Positions 1 to 9,211 are shown, counted from the stretch's first letter. The stretch: DNA of 64,000 bases from a virus (IMGVR_UViG_3300005937_000006:1-64000), one strand, 5' to 3'. The notes: a model not told the origin generated them from the sequence alone. Translations and numbers: made by a program.

Positions 1-822
1 CTGTCCAAGCTCCGCAGCCTGATGCGCGAGATCTGGACGGACGACGAGGCAGCAAACTTCTCGGCAGCGCTCCTGCGGAACCATGCGATCCCCGGTGTGA
101 TCATCGCGCCGGGCGATGATGACTCGGAGTTCAGCCAGGAAGACGCTGATGCGCTGAAGATCAAGTACATGGGCCAGTTCAGCGACGATGGTCGCGGCGA
201 GCCGATGGTTGTATCTGCGCCCATCAAGGTTGAGATGCTCTCGTTCTCCCCCGAGCAGATGAACCTTGTTGGGATGCGGCGTATTCCTGAGGAGCGCGTC
301 TCCGCGATCTACGGAGTGAACGCGATCGTTGCGGGCCTGGGTGTCGGCCTGGAGCACTCGACTTTTCGCAACTACTCCGAGGCGCGTGCCGCTGCGTACG
401 AGGAGTGCATCCTGCCGCTCCAGAAGCTGATCGCGGCTGAGTTGACGCGCTCACTCTTGCCGCTCTTTCCTGGTGCCGAAGACTTGCTGGTGCGCTTTGA
501 TGCATCCAAACTGTCGATCTTCCAGGAGAACGCGATGGTCCGGGCCAGGATGGCAAACATGCTGGTGACGGGCGGGTGGGTCACGGTCGGCGCTGGGATG
601 CGGCTCATCGGTATGCCAGCCGACGAATCTTATGACTACTACCTGCGGCGTCGGCAGCAGCGAGCCGTACTCCTAGAGGATGCCGCGACCGATCAGCCGG
701 AGGACAAGCCAGCGCTGCCGCCGGGCGTGCAGCCGACGCAGCCTACACAGGTACCGAACCCGCAGCAGGAAGAAGAGGCCCAGCAAGGTGGTGGGAAGCC
801 AGCGGCGGTGGCAGCAGCATGA
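1..822 (+). CDS. Phage portal protein, HK97 family (5' truncated by window)
   Basis: Frame open from base 1. Portal C-terminal motifs (NAIPGVII, ISAIYGV, TFRNYSEAR, ILPLQKLIAAELTRSLL, VRFD) and a Q/P-rich tail; lies upstream of protease and capsid. Confidence 0.88.
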   Translation: MSKLRSLMREIWTDDEAANFSAALLRNHAIPGVIIAPGDDDSEFSQEDADALKIKYMGQFSDDGRGEPMVVSAPIKVEMLSFSPEQMNLVGMRRIPEERVSAIYGVNAIVAGLGVGLEHSTFRNYSEARAAAYEECILPLQKLIAAELTRSLLPLFPGAEDLLVRFDASKLSIFQENAMVRARMANMLVTGGWVTVGAGMRLIGMPADESYDYYLRRRQQRAVLLEDAATDQPEDKPALPPGVQPTQPTQVPNPQQEEEAQQGGGKPAAVAAA

Positions 823-1163
823 GCTTACATTTCCGTGTCATTGAGGTGCCGCTCCATCTGGTTACAGACGTGCTACCAATCGAGTGCTACCTCTCGTCTG
901 ACGAGGAGTCGGAGCGCACGCCACACGAGCGTGTCTGGCTGGAGATGCGCCATGCGCAGGGGCGCATCCTGATCGTCACGCCGGAGCGCATGCATGCCGA
1001 ACCGATCTACGTGGCCCACTGCGTTTTCGATCAGTATGGGACATGGCATCTGACCTGGAAGGGACTGCGTAACCTCCCGTCGAAGGATGCCAAGCACATC
1101 GTGATCGAAGTGGATCGGCCCATAGGGCAAATGTCCCTGTACGAGGAGCCCGAGATGTGCTAG
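819..1163 (+). CDS. Hypothetical protein
   Basis: ATGA overlap with portal stop; no recognisable motif. Confidence 0.6.
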   Translation: MSLHFRVIEVPLHLVTDVLPIECYLSSDEESERTPHERVWLEMRHAQGRILIVTPERMHAEPIYVAHCVFDQYGTWHLTWKGLRNLPSKDAKHIVIEVDRPIGQMSLYEEPEMC

Positions 1164-1191
1164 ACTCGGGCTACCTGTAGCCCACCCCACC

Positions 1192-1232
1192 AGGACGGCG
1201 CGCGGACGAACCCCGCAGCGCCGTCCTTTTTT
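1192..1232 (+). terminator. Rho-independent terminator-like hairpin
   Basis: aggacggcgc/gcgccgtcct stem with inner gcgg/ccgc stem followed by T6; a second small hairpin gggcta-cctg-tagccc lies at 1168-1183. Confidence 0.7.
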
Positions 1233-1246
1233 GTTGAGGAGCCGAG

Positions 1247-2137
1247 ATGACGCGCACGATGAACGGAAAGACGCTCGAAGGTAAGCAACCTCGTAAGATC
1301 GTTCCGATCATCGACCTCAAGTCACTCGACAATCCCACTGGTGGTTTCTCTGGCTACGGGTCTGTCTTTGGCAACGTGGATTCCTATGACGATATCGTCG
1401 TCAAAGGCGCCTACACTGACACCCTACCGGACTTCCTGAAGAACGGCTTCGTCTCGGTCGGCCATATGTGGTCGGACTTGCCCGTTGCAACCTTCAAGGA
1501 TGCCTATCAGGATGACACGGGATTGTTCGTCACTGCCGAGTTCCACTCCGATGAGTACAGTCAGCGTGCTCGACTGGTCACAACGGAGCGGATCGAGCGC
1601 GGGAAGGGCGTTGGCCTGTCGGTAGGCTTCTCCATCAAGAAGGGCGGAGCGTCCTGGGCGATGGATGAACAGGGACAGCATACGGGCATCCGCTTGCTCA
1701 ACAGTCTGGACCTCTTCGAGGTTGCGCTCGTCAATATGCCGGCTAATCCGAAAACATGGGTCGATACGATCAAGAGTACAATACAGACTTGTGACGACCC
1801 TGCGTGCGGATGCCGACTCTCGGAATCTTCCCATGCTGGCTTGAAGTTCGCTGACCACGGTGAAGCGCTGCTTACAGAGCTTCGCGGGTTCACTCAGCGC
1901 GCCCAGGCGCTTGCTGCCAAGCGTGCAGAACAGCAGCGAACACTCAGTGAAGAGCACGTTGACCGGGTGACTGCACTCGCTACCGACCTACGATCCTGCG
2001 CAGATGTAGTTGAGGGACTACTGCTGAGTAAGGCCGTAGATACCGATAGCGAGACGCGCAACGCTGCCCTTCGTGAAATCGCTCGGTTCGAGATTCTGCG
2101 CGCTCAGACCCTGAGCGCTGCTGGAGCAACAGCATGA
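1247..2137 (+). CDS. HK97-family prohead (maturation) protease
   Basis: FSGYGSVFGNVDSYDDIVVKGAY, GLSVGF and LFEVALVNMPANP motifs; RBS gaggag; helical C-terminal extension. Confidence 0.93.
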   Translation: MTRTMNGKTLEGKQPRKIVPIIDLKSLDNPTGGFSGYGSVFGNVDSYDDIVVKGAYTDTLPDFLKNGFVSVGHMWSDLPVATFKDAYQDDTGLFVTAEFHSDEYSQRARLVTTERIERGKGVGLSVGFSIKKGGASWAMDEQGQHTGIRLLNSLDLFEVALVNMPANPKTWVDTIKSTIQTCDDPACGCRLSESSHAGLKFADHGEALLTELRGFTQRAQALAAKRAEQQRTLSEEHVDRVTALATDLRSCADVVEGLLLSKAVDTDSETRNAALREIARFEILRAQTLSAAGATA

Positions 2138-3453
2138 GTGTCACCCTGCTAAGCGAGAGCGAGGCAAAGGCTCGCTCTCTCGCAGATCTGAATGGCCTGC
2201 TCAAGTCACATGCAGACCATGTCAAGGATCTGATCGAGAAAGGCGGCGAAGCGCTCGATCTGAACGACGCGGAAGTCGTTGAGCTTCGCTCACACAATGA
2301 CCAGATGACGCTCCTGGGCAAGGCGCGCGACGACAAGATGGAACTGCTCAAGATCGGGCAGCGCGCCACCGAGGAGATCGCCGGACAGAAGGACGTGTCA
2401 CGAGTGCTGCCTCATCCGGCCGATGGCGGCACAGGTGGCAAGGGCGGCAGTTCGGCGCAGCGCACAGTGTTCAAGGGCATCGGCCAGCAGTTCATCGAGT
2501 CGGATGTCTTCAAGGGGTACCGACCGTCCGAGCGACGATCCCCGGCCATCGACCTGGATATTGGCGAGATCCTGTCGATGCGCTTCCAGGGGATTGAAGA
2601 GAAGACACTGATGGTGTCAACGGATGTTGCCGGGCTGATCCAGCCTGAAGCAATGTTCGGAGGACAGCCGCTGGAACTGCTCACACGTCGGCCGGTGGTT
2701 GCCGATCTCATTCCACAGGGTACGACGGGCTCGCCGTCGCTCCGGTACGTGGAAGAGACGCTGAACACCAACAATGCCGACTTCGTGGCCGAGGGCGGGA
2801 CCAAGCCTGAGTCCGCACTCCAGTTCGCGGATCGCACCGCGACTGTGCGGAAGATCGCGACGGTCCTTCCGGTGACGGACGAGTTGTTTGCCGATGCGCC
2901 GGCCATGCGCTCGTACACCGAGGCTCGGCTACGACTGTTCATGGCCCTGCGCGAGGAATCCTCGCTGGTGTCCGGGACCGGTGTTGGCCTGGAGTATTAC
3001 GGGCTGCTGAACGTGCCCGGCTCGCAGACCAAGGCCACGTCGAGCTACGGCGGCAACGTGCTGGACACGCTGTTCCAGGCGATGGTCGCCATTCAGGTGA
3101 ACTCGTTCCTGGAGCCGTCCGGCGCGATCATGAACCCGCTCGACTGGGCGGACATCATCACGCTCAAGACGGCAGATGGCGTGTACATCTGGGGCCAGCC
3201 AAATGCTGCGCCCGGCCCGCAGCGTGTCTGGGGGATGCCGGTGGTTTCCACCCCGGTGATGCCGCAGAACACCGCCGTCGTGGCTGCGTTCAACTCGGCC
3301 ATGCAGATCTTCCGCCGCGAGGGTGTCACCTTCTCGGTGTCCGATCAGCACAACGACTTCTTCATCACGAACAAGCTCATGCTTCGGGTCGAGGAGCGGC
3401 TGGCCTTCGTGATCTACCGCCCGAGCGGTGTGTGCATCGTCACTGGGGTGTAG
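2134..3453 (+). CDS. Major capsid protein, HK97 fold
   Basis: N-terminal coiled-coil delta domain; VAEGGTKPES, IMNPLDWADIITLKTADGVYIW, RVWGMPVV and RVEERLAFVIYRP motifs. Confidence 0.96.
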   Translation: MSVTLLSESEAKARSLADLNGLLKSHADHVKDLIEKGGEALDLNDAEVVELRSHNDQMTLLGKARDDKMELLKIGQRATEEIAGQKDVSRVLPHPADGGTGGKGGSSAQRTVFKGIGQQFIESDVFKGYRPSERRSPAIDLDIGEILSMRFQGIEEKTLMVSTDVAGLIQPEAMFGGQPLELLTRRPVVADLIPQGTTGSPSLRYVEETLNTNNADFVAEGGTKPESALQFADRTATVRKIATVLPVTDELFADAPAMRSYTEARLRLFMALREESSLVSGTGVGLEYYGLLNVPGSQTKATSSYGGNVLDTLFQAMVAIQVNSFLEPSGAIMNPLDWADIITLKTADGVYIWGQPNAAPGPQRVWGMPVVSTPVMPQNTAVVAAFNSAMQIFRREGVTFSVSDQHNDFFITNKLMLRVEERLAFVIYRPSGVCIVTGV

Positions 3454-3456
3454 TCC

Positions 3457-3942
3457 ATGAACTACGTTCCTCGAACCAACATGGTTCCCGGCAGCGTCTC
3501 TCGGGTGAGTACGATGCCGGGCGCTCCGGTCACAGGTACAGCCGAAGTCCAGACGCTGACGAACAGCCATACGTCCGGGACGTACCGACTCGACTTCGGT
3601 GGGGGTGTCACAGCGCCGCTGGCCTACAATGCAGCGGCGGCTGCAATCCAGACTGCGCTGATCAACCTGCCGAATATCCCGACCGGCGGCGTGGTCGTGT
3701 CCGGTACTCTCCCTACCATCACGATCACGTTCGCCGCTGAGCTTGCCACTGGGCTGCAACCGCTGATCAAGATTGCCAACTCGACAATGGCAGGCGGTGC
3801 GGCCAGCGTCGCACGAACAACGCCGGGGGTTGCCCCGACGTTGCAGGGCGCACCGAAGGGGGCGCTCGCCACACGTTCCGACACGGGCGTGCTGATGAGC
3901 AATACCGGCACCCCCACCGCCCCGGTGTGGACGCCGACATGA
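3457..3942 (+). CDS. Putative virion structural (decoration) protein
   Basis: Directly after capsid; Thr/Gly/Ala-rich with TYRLDFGG..TAPLAYNAAAAAIQTAL segment typical of phage virion proteins. Confidence 0.55.
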   Translation: MNYVPRTNMVPGSVSRVSTMPGAPVTGTAEVQTLTNSHTSGTYRLDFGGGVTAPLAYNAAAAAIQTALINLPNIPTGGVVVSGTLPTITITFAAELATGLQPLIKIANSTMAGGAASVARTTPGVAPTLQGAPKGALATRSDTGVLMSNTGTPTAPVWTPT

Positions 3943-4568
3943 TGAGGGAAGAGCGGCTCGCTGCACTCAACTGTTACGACTGCGGCGCGCCGTTCGTTCC
4001 TGAACGTGGACGGTTTGCCTGCGCATCGGAATCCGGGTCGGGACTCACCATTCTCACGGAGGAAGAGCAGATGGCAGGAGAGCAGGTTGCCCTGACACGT
4101 CGGGTGTACCTGGATGAAGGGAAGAGCCAGGCCCTTCCGGCTGAGCCGAAGGAAGATGGCCCTATCGCTGCATGGCTGTACGGCGCGGCTGGCGCGCTGA
4201 AGTCTCGACTTGAGGCCGAGGGGCTTGGGCTCAAGGAAGGCGAGGATTTCGAGGAGCCACAGAACGCACGCGAGGGGCTTGCGGCAGTAGATCGCCAGCG
4301 GCGTGCGGAGATGGCGCGTTCCGATGCCACGATGATCGAGCCGCTGCCGATCCAAACTTCTTCGACTCCTGAGCGGCGGGAGTTCGACCGGAAGACTGGC
4401 GGCGAACTGGCGATCGAAGAGGATGCGTCCTCGGTTGATCAGGCCGATGCAACGGTTACGACATCTGATGCCGGGCCAACTCCCGCAACATCAACGGCGC
4501 CAAAGGCGTCATCGATCAGCAGCCCGAACCCGATGCCAACAAGTGGAGGCGGCGCTACGCCGGCCTAA
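3939..4568 (+). CDS. Hypothetical head-associated protein with S/T/P-rich tail
   Basis: ATGA overlap at 3939 (alternative start 4071 with ggagga RBS); N-terminal CxxC; low-complexity C-terminus. Confidence 0.55.
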   Translation: MMREERLAALNCYDCGAPFVPERGRFACASESGSGLTILTEEEQMAGEQVALTRRVYLDEGKSQALPAEPKEDGPIAAWLYGAAGALKSRLEAEGLGLKEGEDFEEPQNAREGLAAVDRQRRAEMARSDATMIEPLPIQTSSTPERREFDRKTGGELAIEEDASSVDQADATVTTSDAGPTPATSTAPKASSISSPNPMPTSGGGATPA

Positions 4569-4569
4569 G

Positions 4570-5154
4570 ATGCCCCAGTATGTGACGCCCGCAGAGCTAG
4601 CTGCGCATCTCAACATGATGACTACGCCGAATCCGACGCAGACACAGATGTTGACTGATGCCATCGAAGCAGCTTCCAAGCAGATTGACGGGCTCTGCGG
4701 GCGCACATTCGAGGCGACCCCCGAAGTGCGGTACTTCACCGCGCTTACGCCAACGATTGTGGAGGTTGGGTATCCCTCTACGATCATTGCCATTGATCTG
4801 GATGACTTCAACGACTACAGCTACGGAACACCACTTGTCGATACCGACTATTTCCTGACCGATACGCGCGGGCGCCGCTACTTGCAACTGAAAAGCACAG
4901 CGTTTAGCACTTTGCCATTGACATTGAATGCCATCCGAATCAACGCGGTCTTTGGCGAGACGAGTGTACCGCCTGACATCAAGATGGCGACCAAGCTTCA
5001 GTCGGCACGCTTGTGGAAGCGTAAAGACGCGGTCTTTGGCGAGATCGCGGGCGAGGTTGGCTACATGCGCATCCGTGACTGGTTCGACATGGATGCCAGA
5101 GAGATCCTGAAGAATGGCGGCTGGATTGCTCCACGCCGACTGGTGATCTCCTGA
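4570..5154 (+). CDS. Head-tail connector (adaptor) protein
   Basis: YVTPAELAAHL, AIEAASKQIDGLCGRTF and VPPDIKMATKLQSARLWKRKDAVFG are adaptor-like; start reassigned from 4423 to 4570. Confidence 0.85.
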   Translation: MPQYVTPAELAAHLNMMTTPNPTQTQMLTDAIEAASKQIDGLCGRTFEATPEVRYFTALTPTIVEVGYPSTIIAIDLDDFNDYSYGTPLVDTDYFLTDTRGRRYLQLKSTAFSTLPLTLNAIRINAVFGETSVPPDIKMATKLQSARLWKRKDAVFGEIAGEVGYMRIRDWFDMDAREILKNGGWIAPRRLVIS

Positions 5155-5660
5155 TGCCCGCATTTGGCCCCGAAGGCTCGCTACGAGTTGAAGTCCAGGT
5201 CAACACCGGCGACATCGCTTCGCTACGGCGCAAGCTGCACGGATTGCCGACCGTGATCAACTCCAGCTTGATTCAGCGTGCACGCGACATGTCGAGCCAA
5301 GCAGTCACCGAACTGAACAGGAGTGCGCCGGTCGGTGAGGGTGATCCCTGGCGGCGAGGAAACCCGCCGTTGTCGCAGTCACATCATGCGCAGGTGATCA
5401 ATGCCTACTACGCGGTGGTCTGGAGCGAGGCGCCACATGCGCTGTTCATCGTGACTGGCTTCACGCCACACATGCCACCGGCCGAAGCATGGACAGGAGA
5501 GCCGCGCGAGGGCTACCCGAAGCGACTCGCAGTGCTTCGTAATCAGACGCCTCAAGCACCACGCGACTACTTCACACCTGTTGTGGATGGTATGGCGCGA
5601 TATAACGAACGGACACGCAACGACCTGGAGAAGCGCGTAGACGCGCAACTGAAGTCATGA
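5154..5660 (+). CDS. Neck protein (HK97 gp10-like)
   Basis: Position after adaptor; SAPVG..L..SHH, A.FIVTG..PH and PRDYFTP pattern. Confidence 0.65.
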   Translation: MPAFGPEGSLRVEVQVNTGDIASLRRKLHGLPTVINSSLIQRARDMSSQAVTELNRSAPVGEGDPWRRGNPPLSQSHHAQVINAYYAVVWSEAPHALFIVTGFTPHMPPAEAWTGEPREGYPKRLAVLRNQTPQAPRDYFTPVVDGMARYNERTRNDLEKRVDAQLKS

Positions 5661-6064
5661 ACCTGATGGACGTACGCGAAGCCATTGTAGCAATCCTGAT
5701 GGAAGGGCTCGGCGGTATGTGGCAGGGCTACCCCTACATGATTGATCAGTTCGCGGCCCCTGCGTTCTTCGTTGCCGATCCTATTGCCTGGGATTACTCC
5801 CGCACGATGGATCGAGGGGTGAGCGTCACGCTCCCGATTCGCTTTGCGCTTCCGCGCGCAGATGAGCAAAGCGCACAAGAGATGATTGCCGCGCTGATGT
5901 CTACTGATCCTGGTTCACCGTATGACATCCTCGATGCGAATGTCAGCCTGAATGACACGGTGGATTCATCGCGGGTTGCCAGGGCGGGCAGGATCGCTTC
6001 ATATCGCACTGGCGGCGGGGATCTCTACCTCGGCTTCGAGTTGGAACTGGAGATCGAAGCATGA
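5657..6064 (+). CDS. Tail terminator/completion protein
   Basis: 135 aa with typical size and position; ends YLGFELELEIEA. Confidence 0.7.
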   Translation: MNLMDVREAIVAILMEGLGGMWQGYPYMIDQFAAPAFFVADPIAWDYSRTMDRGVSVTLPIRFALPRADEQSAQEMIAALMSTDPGSPYDILDANVSLNDTVDSSRVARAGRIASYRTGGGDLYLGFELELEIEA

Positions 6065-6684
6065 TGTACACCGGCGAGCGGCTGGTTCCTGACCGGTTCG
6101 GTGTGGGCGAACGCATCATGATCGAGCACATCGACCGCTATCGGTTTGCCACGCAGGTGATCTCAACCTGGGGGCAAGGGACGAAGCATACGAACCAACT
6201 TGACATACTGGATGCGCCCTGTGGTGTTGGTTATGGTGCCGCACTACTTGGCGAGCAACTGCAAGCCACGGTTGTCGGCATTGATAACGATCAGCAGACA
6301 ATCGATCATGCCCGACGCTTCTACTACTCGATCCCGAAGATAGAATTCCATCGCTTCGATCTCGATGAAGACCAACTCGATATCGGCGCCTATGATGTCG
6401 TCGTGTGCTTCGAGGGCATCGAGCATGTGCAGAAGCAAGACGTGGTTGCCAGGAAGCTGTGCCGAAGCCTTCGTTCACCCGGACTGATTCTTGTGTCAAC
6501 GCCGCGACGTGATGGTCCCGGTGCAGGCTCGGCATTCCACACCCGAGAGCTTATGCGTGAGGAGTTGTACGGGCTCTTTGCGCCGTACCTTGTTGAAGCG
6601 CAGATGTACGGCCAGGACTTGCGAGTCGCAGATCGCGCAGCAGATGCCGATCCACGCTACTTCGTGCTCGTGGGCAAGGTATGA
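6061..6684 (+). CDS. Class I SAM-dependent methyltransferase (glycan-associated type)
   Basis: YTGERLVP..EHIDRYRFA N-terminus, ILDAPCGVGYG (motif I), YDVVVCFEGIEHV, GLILVSTP. Confidence 0.9.
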   Translation: MMYTGERLVPDRFGVGERIMIEHIDRYRFATQVISTWGQGTKHTNQLDILDAPCGVGYGAALLGEQLQATVVGIDNDQQTIDHARRFYYSIPKIEFHRFDLDEDQLDIGAYDVVVCFEGIEHVQKQDVVARKLCRSLRSPGLILVSTPRRDGPGAGSAFHTRELMREELYGLFAPYLVEAQMYGQDLRVADRAADADPRYFVLVGKV

Positions 6685-7853
6685 AACTGCTCGTAGTTCA
6701 GCCGGGTGCGTCATATTCCACGGCGGATGTCTTTGATGGGCTCATCCGTCAATGGCAGATGCTGGGACACGAGGTAGTGCGCTACAACCTTGATGCGCGT
6801 ATCTCCCGTGCTGATTCCTGGCTGAAATTCAACTACGAGAAGGCCACGCAAGAAGGCTTCGCCGTCGAGCAGCCGTCGATACAGGACACCACGTACCTCG
6901 CCTCGGCAGAAGCTGTCCTCATGGCACTTCGCCATCTCCCAGATTGGGTCGTCATCATCTCCGGGATGTATTTCCATCAGGATGCGATGATCATGCTCAA
7001 ACGGGCGCGTCAGAACGTCGCGCTCATCCTGACTGAGTCCCCCTACGATGACGAGCCACAGATGCGCGTGCTGCCGTACGCTGACATCGTCTTCGTCAAT
7101 GAGAAATACTCTGTCGAAGAGTTCTCGAAGGTACACCGTAAGGTGTTCTATCTTCCTCATGCGTACGACCCTTCAAAACATCTTCTTCTAGACGATGAAG
7201 AGGACGACGTGCCTGCCCATGATGTCGTCTTCGTCGGCACGGGATTCCGCGAGCGCATTGAGCTACTGGCTCAGATCGATTGGGAAGGGATAGACCTCGG
7301 CTTGTATGGCTCGTACGAACTGCTGGATGACATGCCTGACGCGGCTGAGCGATTACGACCTTTCATCAAAGGTGGCATTGTTGAGAATCGCCGGACGGCA
7401 TCCCTCTACCGAAAGGCGAAGATCGGCTTGAACTTCCATCGTACATCGAAGGGGTTCGGCCTGGATGTAGGGCACATCGCACAGGCGTATTCGTTGAATC
7501 CACGCATGTATGAGCTTGCGGCAAACGGATGCTTCGTGATCTCGGACTACCGTCCTGAGATCACCGATGTGTTTGGGGATCTAGTTCCAACCTTCTCGGG
7601 CGCGCGCGAAGCGGAGACGTTGATCCGTCGATGGCTGAGAGATGAGGACGGAAGACAAGCAGTCTCTTCCAAACTCCTTGACGCTGTCGCTCAGCACACC
7701 TTCACGGCGAGAGCCGCGCAGGTGTCGCGTACCCTGATGGCCGAAGGAGCACAAGAGTGGCACGGTATCATGGACGCAAAGGCACCGTCTACGTCTCCAC
7801 CTCGGGGACGGGTGATGCAAGCTCCGTTGTCTCTCTCAACGCCTGGACGCTAG
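6681..7853 (+). CDS. Glycosyltransferase, CgeB/YkvP-like (GT-B)
   Basis: LTESPYDD, YLPHAYDP, DVVFVGT..ERIELL, LYRKAKIGLNFHR and LNPRMYELAANGCFVISD motifs; last 97 nt overlap the tail tube gene. Confidence 0.88.
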   Translation: MKLLVVQPGASYSTADVFDGLIRQWQMLGHEVVRYNLDARISRADSWLKFNYEKATQEGFAVEQPSIQDTTYLASAEAVLMALRHLPDWVVIISGMYFHQDAMIMLKRARQNVALILTESPYDDEPQMRVLPYADIVFVNEKYSVEEFSKVHRKVFYLPHAYDPSKHLLLDDEEDDVPAHDVVFVGTGFRERIELLAQIDWEGIDLGLYGSYELLDDMPDAAERLRPFIKGGIVENRRTASLYRKAKIGLNFHRTSKGFGLDVGHIAQAYSLNPRMYELAANGCFVISDYRPEITDVFGDLVPTFSGAREAETLIRRWLRDEDGRQAVSSKLLDAVAQHTFTARAAQVSRTLMAEGAQEWHGIMDAKAPSTSPPRGRVMQAPLSLSTPGR

Positions 7854-8152
7854 ACCAGACGACCGACAAGACGGAGGTTACCTCGTTCCTTGACGCGAAC
7901 AAGGTCTACGTGCAGGGCCTGAAGGACGTGTCGGGTACCCTTGGTGGCTTCTGGGACGATTCCGAAGAGAAGCTGTTCCAGGCAGCGGACTCTGCGGACG
8001 GCAACAAGATGTATCTCTACCCGTCTGTGGATGCAGCCACGCGGTACTGGTACGGTCCGTCCTGGCTTGATGCGTCGATCAACGTTGGCGTGGGCGATGC
8101 CATCAGCATCTCCGCGAACTTCTCAGCCAACGGCTCGTGGGGACGCTACTAA
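7757..8152 (+). CDS. Major tail (tube) protein
   Basis: GTG start with gaaggag RBS; YHGRKGTVY..AWTLDQTTDKTEVTSFLDANKVYVQGLKDVSGTLGGFWD tail-tube pattern. Confidence 0.88.
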   Translation: MARYHGRKGTVYVSTSGTGDASSVVSLNAWTLDQTTDKTEVTSFLDANKVYVQGLKDVSGTLGGFWDDSEEKLFQAADSADGNKMYLYPSVDAATRYWYGPSWLDASINVGVGDAISISANFSANGSWGRY

Positions 8153-8220
8153 GCCTCGTCGGATGGGTTGTACTCAGCGTGGCACTTCGCTACGCTGAGT
8201 ACATCCTGCTGTGCTGAGGC
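8153..8220 (+). other. Stem-loop after tail tube gene
   Basis: 12-bp perfect IR tgtactcagcgt (8169-8180)/acgctgagtaca (8192-8203) with outer gcctc/gaggc; no U-tract. Confidence 0.6.
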
Positions 8221-8226
8221 GGCGTT

Positions 8227-8532
8227 ATGCCAAACGCCTTGCGCGTTGAAGGCAATTCGGGAGCACTCCTGGTTGGCGGCAAGTGGATGGGGCAGCTCCT
8301 TCACTGGAAGATGGAGCAGATCGGAGGAGGACGCTACGCCTTCGAGGCAGACCGAGTACAGCTTGACGAGGTGTACTGGCCGTTTCGCGACCGTAACGCG
8401 CCGGTAACCGTTGAGCTACTCTTTCGACGTTCCACGATGCGGTTCCGTGTTATGCTCAGCAACGAGTCGCCTCTAAGCGGGGAGGCGACCCTCGACGCCA
8501 ACGTGGCAGAGGAACAAGGGGGGTTCTGGTGA
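8227..8532 (+). CDS. Hypothetical tail-region protein
   Basis: Between tail tube and chaperone; overlaps next start. Confidence 0.6.
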   Translation: MPNALRVEGNSGALLVGGKWMGQLLHWKMEQIGGGRYAFEADRVQLDEVYWPFRDRNAPVTVELLFRRSTMRFRVMLSNESPLSGEATLDANVAEEQGGFW

Positions 8533-9122
8533 CATCACCAGTGTCAGGCACCGTTCTACGCTCTGACCGAGCGATGGTCGATACCGATTATGTCGATCTG
8601 TTTGCCAGCGACGAACTGGTGCCGTTCCCGATCCCTGACACGCCGTTTACCTGCATGCTGCTGCGCGAGTTGGACTGGGGTGACCAGCAAGAGCTAGAAG
8701 CCGCTGCACTGCGCGGACTTCAGCGTGCCGACCTCGAAGCAGCCATCGCTGGCAATTCGACGCTCCTGCTTGACATCAGCCGGCAGCGCTTCCTGACGCT
8801 GGCGTTGCGCATCAAGAAGTGGAACGTCACGCGCCGCGACGCCTCGACGGGCGAACTGCGCCCGGTCCGTCTCCCTGAGCACGTCCAGGAGCGGATCATG
8901 GTCATGAAGAAGCTTCGCCCCAAGTGGGCGCGAGCGATCCTCACGAAGATTGAGGAGCTTGACCGCGAGAACAACGAGGCTGAGCCAGACATGCCGCAAC
9001 TGATTGCGCCGCAGCCTGACGAGGATCGGGAACCCCCAAAAGCTACGCAGAATGGCGTCATCGAAGGGCAGAGCGTAATGTCGTCCTCTGCAAGTTCATG
9101 GGTTGGTCCTACCGGGAATTGA
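8529..9122 (+). CDS. Tail assembly chaperone (G-like)
   Basis: Position before TMP; contains slippery heptamer C CCA AAA at 9035-9041. Confidence 0.8.
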   Translation: MTSPVSGTVLRSDRAMVDTDYVDLFASDELVPFPIPDTPFTCMLLRELDWGDQQELEAAALRGLQRADLEAAIAGNSTLLLDISRQRFLTLALRIKKWNVTRRDASTGELRPVRLPEHVQERIMVMKKLRPKWARAILTKIEELDRENNEAEPDMPQLIAPQPDEDREPPKATQNGVIEGQSVMSSSASSWVGPTGN

Positions 9123-9211
9123 TGGAGACGCCTACGTCGGTGGTGAAGGCAATCCTTCGCTCGATGGTTGAGGCGTCCAATGACGCGCAGCTACGCGCGA
9201 TGATGCGATGA
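9035..9211 (+). other. Programmed -1 frameshift extension (GT-like product 8529-9211)
   Basis: The -1 frame reads PKSYAEWRHRRAERNVVLCKFMGWSYRELMETPTSVVKAILRSMVEASNDAQLRAMMR*; its TGA overlaps the next ATG (9208). Confidence 0.85.

Noticed and set aside
22-822. Portal gene starting at ATG 22
   Set aside because: The frame is open from base 1 and the N-terminal portal motifs are missing; the gene is truncated by the window
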